Source: Pseudobdellovibrionaceae bacterium (GTDB taxonomy: Bacteria > Bdellovibrionota > Bdellovibrionia > Bdellovibrionales > Bdellovibrionaceae). From it: DNA of 64,000 nucleotides. Below are positions 39,304 to 48,367 of this stretch, one piece after another. The notes under the pieces are model-generated. The model was given only the letters and a program-made list of their open reading frames with translations. It had not been told where the DNA came from and ran no database searches. Position 1 is the first letter of the stretch. The number at the start of each line of letters is the position of its first letter. The stretch spans positions 24,244 to 88,243 of the forward strand of contig JBIKLL010000004.1 of NCBI GenBank assembly GCA_044359815.1. The letters run 5' to 3'. The position numbers and the translations under genes were made by a program.

Positions 39304-40327
39304 GTCGAACCTCTGTTTGGGTGGAAGTGTCTTTAGGAGCAAGATATTTTCCATTGGCCTTTTGCTTTGACTGAGCAACGTGTTTTCGACTTGCTTTGGG
39401 TCGATAAAAAATCAGCACAGGACACTTAGCCTGCAACAAAATATCTCGAGCAACACTGCCAAGAAGAGCTTGCGTCACAGGACCGCTGCGACTGGCAATG
39501 GCAATAAGGCTGGCCTTATTCTTTTTTGCGGCTTCAAGAATATCTGCGGCAAGGTGTTTTCGTTGTCGTTGAACTAGCAGAGAGCTTTTGATATTTTGCT
39601 CTTCCAAAAGGGCTGACCATTCAGCACCTTTTTTTAGGCGTGATTTTTCTACGTCTTTAATCATTGATTCCATATTGCGCGTTTGAGCTTGCCCTATGCC
39701 GCTGAAATCTGATGGATAAATATTTGGTGTCTCAACTTGATCATAGAGAAAAATTTTAGAATTAAATGCTTTGGCCCAAGGCTCAAGTTTGACGAGAGCG
39801 TTTTTTGAGTCTTGAGAAAAATCTGTTGGGAAAAGAATTGAGGGGATTTTAGAAGATGGCACTGATGAGGGATTGAGTAAAAGAACAGGCACCCGTGAGG
39901 TAGCCACTAACGTTTCAGCAAAACCTCCCAAGCGAAACGGATTCCAGGTTTTCTTGGCGCGGGTATTCGCAAAGATAAGCTGCGCATTTCTTTTTTCCGC
40001 GTACTTTGCCATTTCTGAGGCCATTTTACGATTCGAAAGTGCCGGTACAAAAACCAGTTCTGGAGGGAGAAAACCCTTTGCTTGAGTCTTTTTCAAATAT
40101 CGAGTTATGGACCTTTGTGCGACCTCCTGAAGTTTGTCCTTCCACGGGAAGGCCATTTCTATTGGAAAATTTAAAGTAGATTTTGAAAATATCGAAACCG
40201 GCTGAACTTCACATTTGAGATGCTTGGCCCAGATTTTCAGTTCTTTAATGATATTCTTGGCTTCAGCTGGATTCTGAGTTGGATCAACGGACCAAATAAT
40301 TTTGTTTTTCTTGTTTGATGAATTCAT
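39296..40327 (-). CDS. universal stress protein (tandem USP domains)
   Basis: LGGFAETLV..SRVPVL, ILFPTDFS and LLGSVARDIL..AKCPVL. Confidence 0.9.
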   Translation of the reverse strand: MNSSNKKNKIIWSVDPTQNPAEAKNIIKELKIWAKHLKCEVQPVSIFSKSTLNFPIEMAFPWKDKLQEVAQRSITRYLKKTQAKGFLPPELVFVPALSNRKMASEMAKYAEKRNAQLIFANTRAKKTWNPFRLGGFAETLVATSRVPVLLLNPSSVPSSKIPSILFPTDFSQDSKNALVKLEPWAKAFNSKIFLYDQVETPNIYPSDFSGIGQAQTRNMESMIKDVEKSRLKKGAEWSALLEEQNIKSSLLVQRQRKHLAADILEAAKKNKASLIAIASRSGPVTQALLGSVARDILLQAKCPVLIFYRPKASRKHVAQSKQKANGKYLAPKDTSTQTEVRHG

Positions 40328-40359
40328 ATTTTTCTCCATAAGTTTAGTGGTTTCTCTAA

Positions 40360-40752
40360 TCAATTTATTTTCTCTAGTGCGTGCTCGAGCTGAGTGTCTG
40401 CCTCTTTAGCTAATTTCACTAGATCTTCATCTCCCAAAATTTTCATCATCGCCGTGGGTTTTGCGATTTCAATCGATACTTTTCCTTTGCCCAAATCTCG
40501 AACCACAACATTGCACGGCAAAAGACTGGCGACGTCTGAGTTTTTCTGGAATGCCTCATAGGCAAGGCTGGGCTTGCAAGCTCCCAGTATCACTGTGATA
40601 GGAATTTCTTTATTTATTTTTTCTTTAATCTTTAGGTGGAGGTCGATGCGTGTGAGGATTCCGAATCCTTCGGCCTTCAGCGCGTCCTCGGAACGCTTAA
40701 TGGCATTTTCCACTGAACAAGTGAGCTCTCTTTTAAAACTGATAGTGTTCAT
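40360..40752 (-). CDS. DUF302 domain protein
   Basis: EGFGILTRID, ILGACKP and LLPCNVVV motifs. Confidence 0.92.
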   Translation of the reverse strand: MNTISFKRELTCSVENAIKRSEDALKAEGFGILTRIDLHLKIKEKINKEIPITVILGACKPSLAYEAFQKNSDVASLLPCNVVVRDLGKGKVSIEIAKPTAMMKILGDEDLVKLAKEADTQLEHALEKIN

Positions 40753-40776
40753 TGGTTTCTCCCACTAAAAAATAGA

Positions 40777-41103
40777 TTAGGCGGTTGCTACTTCTCTTGG
40801 TCCTAAGGGCATTTCCATTTTTATTTTCGGCAAAAGCAAATATAAGATACCATTCATATAGACAGTTTTAATGCCCTTCCCCTGAGGCATCATTCTAAAG
40901 ATGGTTTGTCTCTCATGAGAATTTTCAGATTGACCCTCAACCGTGAGTTGACCTTTAGAGGTCAAAATTTCTGTGCCTTGTGCTGGAATCGTGGGAATAT
41001 CAACAGCCACTAAATAGTGCGAGTCTGATTCTGCCAATGAAAACATGGCTGGATTAATTTGTCGAACTGGCTGAACGGCGGCGGGCTGATATTGACTTAA
41101 CAT
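40777..41103 (-). CDS. degenerate Hsp20/alpha-crystallin-like protein
   Basis: ESDSHYLVAVDIP, LTVEG and YMNGILYLLLPK; AGGAG RBS. Confidence 0.65.
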   Translation of the reverse strand: MLSQYQPAAVQPVRQINPAMFSLAESDSHYLVAVDIPTIPAQGTEILTSKGQLTVEGQSENSHERQTIFRMMPQGKGIKTVYMNGILYLLLPKIKMEMPLGPREVATA

Positions 41104-41140
41104 TGAATGCTCCTATATTTGCATATTTTGTAATAGTAAA

Positions 41141-41156
41141 TGCAATGTGCAGGCCA
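41141..41156 (-). promoter_or_regulatory. sigma54-type -24/-12 promoter
   Basis: TGGCCT-GCACA-TTGCA upstream of the leftward stress operon. Confidence 0.7.
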
Positions 41157-41414
41157 AGAGCGTGTGGGGTTTTAGGATTTTTTTGCATTCAGATATTTTT
41201 CAGTGCTGTGGGGTGATTTTCCCCTCTAGTCGTCGCAAATCTCCTCGGGAGATTCATTCCAGATTCAAAAGGTTGGCGATTGCGCTTATGGTCATTTTGC
41301 ATGTGAAGAAATATCTTGGGACTTATTTGCCATTATGAAGGCCAAAGCGTCCCATTTGAAAATAAAAGTAGAATGTTAAATCAAACTAAACGCTACAACG
41401 GCAACTTTTCTTGA

Positions 41415-41430
41415 TGGCACAGAAGATGCT
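41415..41430 (+). promoter_or_regulatory. sigma54-type -24/-12 promoter
   Basis: TGGCAC-AGAAG-ATGCT; predicted start ~41441. Confidence 0.7.
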
Positions 41431-41444
41431 TAACCAGATATCAT

Positions 41445-42248
41445 GTTCGACTGCAGCGATGCTAGTCAGAATTCAAGCGGGTGTAAGCCCCGTCAACAGA
41501 ATCGTCCAGTTGCTGTTGTAGCCTGGATCAATGGGAGGTTGAAAGACTTCCCATATGCTGATCGAAAAAGTTTTTGGCATGTTCGTGTCAAGGATTTGGT
41601 AAATCGGCAGGTTGTAGCGAAAGCGAACCTCAAAAGTTCGTCAGTCTGTGAACGTTCGGAACGAACAACGGGAGACTGAAGAGAGGGCCGAGCCCCTGAA
41701 CAAAGGCGAAGGCTAATATTGTTGGCGAAGAACTGGATATTCGCAGCTGACAACTTCTCTAAGAACGGGAGGACAACATGTCGAGAATGAGTTTTGGTGA
41801 AAGCACGGAACCACTTGTAGGTCGGTGACGTTTCTCTGACGTCAGCAAAAGTGGTTGGACAAGTTAATGATGTCGATTGGTAACAGTCGATAGTGTTAAT
41901 AAAACCAACTGCCAAGCCCATGAGTGGGGCGGATAAGATCGATAAGCTCTGTCAAAGGAGCGAGGATCTTTGGAGTAGGGCTTCTTTGGGTGTCAAAGCT
42001 TAAAGTGGTTTTAATGGTGGTGTTTTTCAGGTTTAACCGCTTGGAGAATGCGAAGGATGAAGTCAACTTTGAAACTTTCTGTGTATGCCCGGAGAATGGC
42101 TTAAGCGGAAAACGAATAAAGGAATGCTTCATTTGAAATGCCAGCTCTTGAGCTGTTCTGGGGAAATCCCAATGGGCAGTTCTTCTTATTAAGTGGCGGA
42201 GCCGCTAGGCGGGATTTTAATCGATACCGTCTAGCGCGCCACCACTAT
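41445..42248 (+). ncRNA. ORF-less group II intron-like RNA
   Basis: Domain V at 42150-42182 (AGC triad, 2-nt bulge, GAAA-type loop); domain VI-like hairpin ending ccAccactAT; 5' GTTCG; domain I-like motifs; no RT ORF. Ends are inferred. Confidence 0.78.
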
Positions 42249-42279
42249 TTTTTTGTCGGAAACCGGATTGAGGGATAAT

Positions 42280-43044
42280 ATGAACACGAAATTTTTCGAT
42301 GGGAAAGTAGTACTCGTTACGGGAGCCTCTTCAGGGATCGGCAAAGCGGCGGCATTGGCATTCGCCCGTGACGGCGCCAATCTCGTGTTAGCCGACACTC
42401 AAGCTGACGGCGGTTCAGAAGTGGCAAGAAAAATAGAGGCCCTTGGTCGGAAAGTTACATTTGTTAGGTGCGATGTCTCCAGCGAAAATGACGTTAAAAA
42501 CTTACTGCAAAAGACTATCGATATGTTTGGGCGCCTTGATTGCGCATTTAACAACGCAGGTATCGAAGGCAAACAAGCTTCGACTTCGGATTGTACCAAC
42601 GAGAACTGGGATCAGGTGATTAATATTAACTTAAAAGGCGTTTGGCTTTGCATGAAGTACGAGATCCCTCAGATGTTAAAACAAGGGGGCGGGGCTATTG
42701 TTAACTGTTCCTCCATTGCGGGTTTGATTGGATTTCCTGGAATCCCTGCCTACGTTGCAAGCAAGCACGGAGTGATTGGCCTGACCAAGACGGCTGCTCT
42801 TGAATATGCTAAATCAAATATTCGAATAAATGCAGTTTGCCCTGGAGTTATCCAGACGCCGATGATCGATCGGTTCATTCATGGTGAAGCCCAGATTCAA
42901 AAACAACTTGTGGATGGTGAACCAATCGGCAGAGTTGGTCAGCCTGACGAAATTGCGCAAGCTGCACTCTGGCTTTGCTCAGATGCGGCGTCTTTTGTAA
43001 CGGGACACCCCATGGTTGTTGATGGCGGCTGGGTAGCTCAGTGA
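42280..43044 (+). CDS. SDR family oxidoreductase
   Basis: TGASSGIG, NNAG, YVASK and VDGG motifs. Confidence 0.95.
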   Translation: MNTKFFDGKVVLVTGASSGIGKAAALAFARDGANLVLADTQADGGSEVARKIEALGRKVTFVRCDVSSENDVKNLLQKTIDMFGRLDCAFNNAGIEGKQASTSDCTNENWDQVININLKGVWLCMKYEIPQMLKQGGGAIVNCSSIAGLIGFPGIPAYVASKHGVIGLTKTAALEYAKSNIRINAVCPGVIQTPMIDRFIHGEAQIQKQLVDGEPIGRVGQPDEIAQAALWLCSDAASFVTGHPMVVDGGWVAQ

Positions 43045-43512
43045 AGCAAGGCCTGCATCTGCAGAAGATGTCAGGGCGCGTCCGTCCATTAGTTTTAGGG
43101 CTATATCCGGATCTCCCCAACACCAAAACAGGTGGGTAAACCATCAATCAGAGAGGGGAATTCGGATTATTTGATAGCCTGACGGCTGTTCAAATATATT
43201 AAGAAATTCGATCAAAAGAACAGGGGCTCTGCCCCTGGACCCCGGCCCTCTCCACCGATGTCCCACCGCTCCGCAGACATCGTATGGAGCCGGCAATTAG
43301 GGTTGCCCGGCTCCATACGATGTCTTCTCCGCTTAACTAAGTTGATGATTTTTCACCCAAAAAACAGTGGGGAGATCCGGATAGACCCAGTTTTAGCAAT
43401 TACAATCTTAGCAGCAGGTCTTCTTTTGGATAAATGGTGGTGGCAAGTCGGTGGAGTGCTCCTGATTGTTTTATTTGTAGAGGCATTTTATCGCTATCGA
43501 ACTTTGGACTAA
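43041..43512 (+). pseudogene. small two-TM membrane protein gene interrupted by a MITE
   Basis: Removing the element and one target copy restores MSGRVRPLVLAITILAAGLLLDKWWWQVGGVLLIVLFVEAFYRYRTLD. Confidence 0.7.
43099..43388. mobile_element. 290-bp MITE (ISL3-like ends)
   Basis: 20-bp TIRs with 18/20 match; 8-bp duplication AGTTTTAG at 43091-43098 and 43389-43396; no transposase. Confidence 0.88.
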
Positions 43513-43723
43513 GACCATCATTTTTCAATCTCGCTGTTGTTCAAATGTATTTGCCAATTTGTCTCAACAGGGCTCGTTTTTGTCCCATCCCTTTTGATCT
43601 CGTTGCTTAAAATCACAGCGCTTTCCCTCTAAAATTCGACGAGAACTTCACGAATGATTTCTTTTTTCGGTTTAAGTTGATTCACTAGTGTTTTGCTCTT
43701 AGCTCGTAATAGAAACTGGCAAT

Positions 43724-43739
43724 TGGCACTGAGCTTGCT
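43724..43739 (+). promoter_or_regulatory. sigma54-type -24/-12 promoter
   Basis: TGGCAC-TGAGC-TTGCT, a consensus match, upstream of hsp20. Confidence 0.8.
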
Positions 43740-43777
43740 TATCAGTGGTTCAACAACAATCCATAAGGAGGATTATT

Positions 43778-44239
43778 ATGTCTAACGCACTAGAACGCTG
43801 GTTTGATAACAAAAGCCTAAGCCGGTTTCGTGACTTCTCACAAGTTCAGGAATCATTTGATCGTTTATTTAATGAGTTCATGAACGTGAAGAAGACAAAC
43901 GGCATGCAGAGCTTGTCGTTTAGTCCGTCATGTGAAATCGCCGAAGAAGATAATAACTATATTTTAAAGTTTGATCTGCCTGGAGTTACAAAAGATCAGG
44001 TCAAAGTTGAGGCTGACAAAGATCAGCTCACCATTCGCGCCGAGCGAAAAGAAGAAAAAAAGAGTGAATCAAAAAAGAAATATTTATCGGAGATGTATTA
44101 TGGCTCCTACACAAGAAGTTTCACTTTGCCCGGCCCAGTCGATGAAAAGAAGGTTGATGCAAAATTTGAAAATGGAGTTCTAACTGTGACGGTCCCCAAA
44201 ACAGAATCTCTCAAAGCTAAGCAAATTCCAGTTCATTAA
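43778..44239 (+). CDS. Hsp20/alpha-crystallin small heat shock protein
   Basis: DLPGV, YGSYTRSFTLP and AKFENGVLTVTVPK motifs. Confidence 0.95.
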   Translation: MSNALERWFDNKSLSRFRDFSQVQESFDRLFNEFMNVKKTNGMQSLSFSPSCEIAEEDNNYILKFDLPGVTKDQVKVEADKDQLTIRAERKEEKKSESKKKYLSEMYYGSYTRSFTLPGPVDEKKVDAKFENGVLTVTVPKTESLKAKQIPVH

Positions 44240-44295
44240 TTAATTGAGAGGGAGCTTTGTCCAGATCGAGGTTCCCTTTTGACTGAGGAGTATTT

Positions 44296-44760
44296 ATGCC
44301 TATTTCAGATTTATGTTCAAAAAATTTGGTCTGTGTCGAGCGTGGCGCATCTCTTCAGTATGCGGCCCAACTTATGAAGAAGCATCATGTTGGCGGGGTC
44401 GTTGTTGTAGAGACCAATGGAAAGAATAAGCCAGTTGGCATTCTTACTGATCGTGACATTGTTCTTGGTATTGTTGCAGAAAATCTTCCGCTGAGTACTA
44501 AGGTCCAAGACGTTATGTCGAGAGATATAGTGACGGTGACCAGTGGAAAAGGTATTGCGGATGTCGTTGATCAAATGGAGAGCAAGGGTGTTCGTCGTAT
44601 GGTCGTGGTCGATGATACCGGAAATGCCTGTGGCCTTGTATCATCAGACGACATTTTACAACTTGTTGCGAGAGAAATGAACGGCCTCGGGCGCATGGTG
44701 GAGCGGCAGCTGGAAAATGAAAAAATTCACAAACCCCAACAAAGTCAGTTGATGCTGTAA
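44296..44760 (+). CDS. CBS domain protein
   Basis: AAQLMKKHHVG...GILTDRDIV; VRRMVVVD...GLVS. Confidence 0.93.
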   Translation: MPISDLCSKNLVCVERGASLQYAAQLMKKHHVGGVVVVETNGKNKPVGILTDRDIVLGIVAENLPLSTKVQDVMSRDIVTVTSGKGIADVVDQMESKGVRRMVVVDDTGNACGLVSSDDILQLVAREMNGLGRMVERQLENEKIHKPQQSQLML

Positions 44761-44781
44761 AGCAATCACAAGGGGTAAAAA

Positions 44782-45060
44782 GTGAGAACAATTATTTTAT
44801 CAGTCCTCATCGTTTGTGCGACCCATGCTTCATTCGCGGAAGAAAAGGCAGCAGCAAAAGCTGCCGAGCAAGGCCAAGAGCACGTTCAGATGCACGAACA
44901 AATGGCAAAAGCTCACCAGCAGGCAGCAGATTGTCTGAAGTCTGGAAAATCCGAAGAGGAGTGCCGAAAGGCCTTTTATGAAATGTGTAAAGAGACCGGC
45001 GGCCCCGACAAATGCGGCCCGTGGATGATGCGTCATAAGATGGGCAAGAAAGCCAAATAA
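44782..45060 (+). CDS. small secreted His/Met/Cys-rich protein
   Basis: Signal peptide; HEQMAKAHQQAADCLKSGK..EEC. Confidence 0.75.
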   Translation: MRTIILSVLIVCATHASFAEEKAAAKAAEQGQEHVQMHEQMAKAHQQAADCLKSGKSEEECRKAFYEMCKETGGPDKCGPWMMRHKMGKKAK

Positions 45061-45071
45061 TTGGAGATTTT

Positions 45072-45551
45072 ATGCGGATTGATTGCGCTTGGAACGGTAA
45101 GCAAAATTTTGTAGCCAATGTAAACGGTTTTAAGGTCCATATGGATGCCGCTAAACCATTTGGCGATGAAAAGGATCCGACTCCAAAACAGCTGGTCCTA
45201 GCGGCCCTTTGCGGATGTACCGGGATGGATGTGGTGGGCTTGCTTAAAAAGAATAAGCAAGCCCCTGAGAGCTTCAGGATTGAAGCTGATGCTACTGTTG
45301 CAACAAGCCACCCGTATGAACTCAAGGACATCAAACTAAAATATCTGATTGATGGCTCTTGCGATCCCGCTAAAGTTGTTGAAGCCGTGAACCTTTCTCA
45401 GACTCGTTATTGTGCCGTTAGCAGCATGGTGTCGCGAGGAACGACCATTACATACAATGTGTCCCTCAATGGAAAACAGATTTCCCAAGGAAAGTCTGAT
45501 TTTCAAGGTGGGGCCTCACAGTCTGAACAGATAAGAGGACTTGGAACTTGA
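45072..45551 (+). CDS. OsmC family protein
   Basis: PKQLVLAALCGCTGMDV and YCAV motifs. Confidence 0.92.
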   Translation: MRIDCAWNGKQNFVANVNGFKVHMDAAKPFGDEKDPTPKQLVLAALCGCTGMDVVGLLKKNKQAPESFRIEADATVATSHPYELKDIKLKYLIDGSCDPAKVVEAVNLSQTRYCAVSSMVSRGTTITYNVSLNGKQISQGKSDFQGGASQSEQIRGLGT

Positions 45552-45632
45552 ATCTGCAATTATTTTTCAAATCAAAGTTGAGAGGTCAACTGGTCGGTGT
45601 GAAGGATTTAACTAAATTATAAGGAGTGTCTT

Positions 45633-46085
45633 ATGGCTACGGAAGTAATTGTTCAAACACAACAAATATATGCAGAAACCGCAGAACACGATTTTTCATG
45701 GCTGGAGAGATTTGCTCTGAAGTGCTTTCATCCCAGGGCGATATTTATCGAGGTGGTGGGTTTTATTTGGTCGATTTATTATTTTTGGAATTACAACTGG
45801 CAGATGTCCTTAGGAGTATTCGTCCTTGCCTTAGCACTGGCTCTTTTGTGTGTTATGGATACAAGTCCGCAGAAACTATCGGAAACAACAATAGGTAAAA
45901 TAGGTCTGCTCCATCTTCATCCGATGAATTTGGCAATTCGATTGGCGGGATCAGTCATTTTACTCTACGGAATTTGGCAACGATCGCTCGAACTCACGCT
46001 TGGCGGTGTGTCTGTCATATTCTTTGGTCACACATTCGGTTGGGCGAAAGTAGATTCCAGATTTGCTAGAACTACTGAGATATAA
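45633..46085 (+). CDS. hypothetical membrane protein
   Basis: Duplicated HP...TM-TM pattern; AAGGAG RBS. Confidence 0.75.
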   Translation: MATEVIVQTQQIYAETAEHDFSWLERFALKCFHPRAIFIEVVGFIWSIYYFWNYNWQMSLGVFVLALALALLCVMDTSPQKLSETTIGKIGLLHLHPMNLAIRLAGSVILLYGIWQRSLELTLGGVSVIFFGHTFGWAKVDSRFARTTEI

Positions 46086-46170
46086 GATCAAACAGGAAAA
46101 TAGATATGGAATTTTGCCTTTGCTGTTTCATTAATTGTAAAGGCAGCTAGGAACCACTGCGAAGTGGTCC

Positions 46171-46545
46171 CTAGTTCGACCTAGAATCATCAATTTCATA
46201 TACGCTGATGTCTTTTGTTTTTTGGAAGATCACGTCCTTATCCAGTTCAATTCCATTAATCAATCTGAACTTTACAAACTGCTGCATGACGGAGGTTTTG
46301 AAACTTGGGTTAAGATCGTTTAGGTACCTAGCGAGATAGGCATCCATTGCTACTCCGCGCTCTGATAAGGCATCAACCAAAAATTTGAATGCCAAAAGGA
46401 GATCAAACTCCACAATCGCAACCGATGTCTCCAAGCCAGGTGATTCAAATACTATGGCCGAGCTTTCTTCTCCTCTATTGGCCACAAGAATCTTGCTTAA
46501 TGTTGGCACATCGATACCTTTGTGGTCCTTGTATTCACTGAACAT
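46171..46545 (-). CDS. hypothetical protein, tandem paralog B
   Basis: Aligns end to end with 46622-47014. Confidence 0.78.
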   Translation of the reverse strand: MFSEYKDHKGIDVPTLSKILVANRGEESSAIVFESPGLETSVAIVEFDLLLAFKFLVDALSERGVAMDAYLARYLNDLNPSFKTSVMQQFVKFRLINGIELDKDVIFQKTKDISVYEIDDSRSN

Positions 46546-46621
46546 AAAAATCCCTTCTGTTAAAAGTTGCTTGTTTGGTTTGTTCATAGATTGAGATCAT
46601 GCCGCCATCTCTCGGAACTGC

Positions 46622-47014
46622 TCAATGCAAAGTACTTTCAGAAATTGAGTCATCGGCCTCGATCTCGTAAATACTGAAATCCTTATTTTTTAGAAAGATC
46701 ACGTCTTCTTTCGTCTCGACACCATTATTGATTCTGAATCTCGCAAAATGCTCCATAACCTCTGTCTTAAAGCTTGGAGCGATCGTGTTTAATGTCTTTG
46801 CAAGATATGAGTCCACGGAAATGCCCTCTGCCGCTAGTTCATTCACCAAAAACATGAAAGCAAGAATTAGCTCAAACTCTACTATCGCAACATGGGTTTT
46901 TAAGCCCGAATCCCTAAATACTATGGCTGAACATTCTTCTTCTCTATTGACCAACAGAATTTCGTCGAGCTGCTCGATGGTGATTCCTTTATGGTCATTG
47001 TACTCTTTGAACAT
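46622..47014 (-). CDS. hypothetical protein, tandem paralog A
   Basis: AAGGAGG RBS; paralog of 46171-46545. Confidence 0.8.
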   Translation of the reverse strand: MFKEYNDHKGITIEQLDEILLVNREEECSAIVFRDSGLKTHVAIVEFELILAFMFLVNELAAEGISVDSYLAKTLNTIAPSFKTEVMEHFARFRINNGVETKEDVIFLKNKDFSIYEIEADDSISESTLH

Positions 47015-47196
47015 AGGTAGGCCCTCCTTTGGGTGTTAGTTCACTGGTTGGTCAAATTTCGTTGAAATTCATGAGAATGATTGAGCCGAGCATCAGAGTT
47101 CACGCAGCCATCTCTCGGAACTGCGCGTTAATGAGTTCTAATTCACGGCTTGGGGTTGTCAAAAAGTTGCTGAGTGAGTTTAATAGGGGCATCCAT

Positions 47197-47230
47197 AAAA
47201 AAAGCCAATGGCGTTGCCATTGGTTTTTTT
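47197..47230. terminator. bidirectional intrinsic terminator
   Basis: A7, GCCAATGGC-GTT-GCCATTGGT hairpin, T-tract. Confidence 0.85.
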
Positions 47231-47275
47231 ATTTGTGGGGAACCGGACCCGAATCACGTCGCAGGCTTTGGTTCG

Positions 47276-47402
47276 ACAAAAAGTCCATGATGGACTTTTT
47301 GCGTGAAACCTTGAGCAAAGCGAAAGGGTGAGTACATGGATGTGCGAGCCACAAAAAGTCCATGATGGACTTTTTGCGTGAAACCTTGAGCAAAGCGAAA
47401 GG
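47276..47402 (+). repeat. two identical 52-bp direct repeats with an internal palindrome and a 23-bp spacer
   Basis: Copies at 47276-47327 and 47351-47402; AAAAGTCCA-TGA-TGGACTTTT palindrome. Confidence 0.9.
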
Positions 47403-47519
47403 TGAGGGAAAGGGCCCCTTCAGCCTTCGGTAAGAACTTCGGTCTCGCTTCAAATTGAGGCCGCGTTTTCTGTCCGTAAAAATACAGCAACAAGTTCTTT
47501 CTTAAACAATTAAATTACT

Positions 47520-48053
47520 TTAGAACGGACTCCACCACGGCTTTTGCGCTAAGGGACCGGGTGCTGATCCCCCATTATAGTGAATCCTTTCGGGATAATT
47601 ATGATATCCAGGAATACTGGTATTACATCCTCTTACGTACTCTGCATAGGATTCGACTTTCTGAGAATTGCGGCTATAAGAAACCCAAAAATACATAATA
47701 CCATGCAGCTCGTAGGGAATATTTTTGGTACTTCAATTTGTTTCAAAGCCATCGTGTTTATATTTATAATCTGTATTTAAGTTATTACGGGACAGATCAC
47801 AGGCTAATTGACGTCGGTCATAAATAAGTCTTTCTCCACGCAGTCGATCATCTTCAAATGTTGTTTTTCGTGCATCTGCGCATTGGGCACGAAATCCTTG
47901 CGGCTCTCTATAACAAGATGAACAAGCAAACTCTCCTTCCCACATTTTCTTGCATTTGCTTACGCAATGGCGAAAAGCATAGTTCACAATAGTTGTTTCT
48001 TGTGAGGACGCTTGGTTAAATCCATTCAATAGCAGTTGAAGCATAAATCTCAT
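47520..48053 (-). pseudogene. degenerate paralog of the Cys-rich protein at 27777-28844
   Basis: HCVSKC...ACDLS...KPWWSPF homology; in-frame TGA near 47733; N-terminus deleted. Confidence 0.85.
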
Positions 48054-48367
48054 CTTGGTGCTGAGCCTTTATCTTACAAGTCTATATAAAGTTAGACATG
48101 GTTTTGATCAAAAGTCTGTTTCAAAATGAAACGTGTTTTTTAAATCCACTTTGAGTCGAAGCTCATATTCTAAAAGTTAATGGCGACCTGAAGTAAGGTT
48201 ATTCACAGTTAAAAAATACAACCCCATTTTGCTGGATTCACAGTAATCCAACAAAATTGGAAATGTTAAATCTGAAAATTTAGTCTCGAGTAATTGTGTT
48301 TCAAAAATCTAGGGTACTAAATAAATCAGAGCTGAAGAACGGTAAAATCCTGCTGGGAATGGCGATA

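Larger units (their letters stand above)
30220..47195. mobile_element. tRNA-Gln-integrated genomic island (~17 kb, probably immobile)
   Basis: Recombinase remnant next to the tRNA; CATCCA (tRNA 3' end) recurs at 47190-47195 directly before a terminator; stress cargo. Confidence 0.72.

Noticed and set aside
41868..41873. ATGATG as EBS1 pairing with the 5' exon TATCAT
   Set aside because: It appears to lie within a stem, not a loop, so it cannot be assigned without a structure model.
41443..42136. Four short ORFs on both strands
   Set aside because: They overlap the intron-like RNA and show no RT or maturase motifs.
43258..43512. 84-aa ORF as an intact gene
   Set aside because: Its N-terminal half is MITE sequence.
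47276..47402. Possible CRISPR array
   Set aside because: Only two 52-bp repeats with one 23-bp spacer, and no cas genes in the window.
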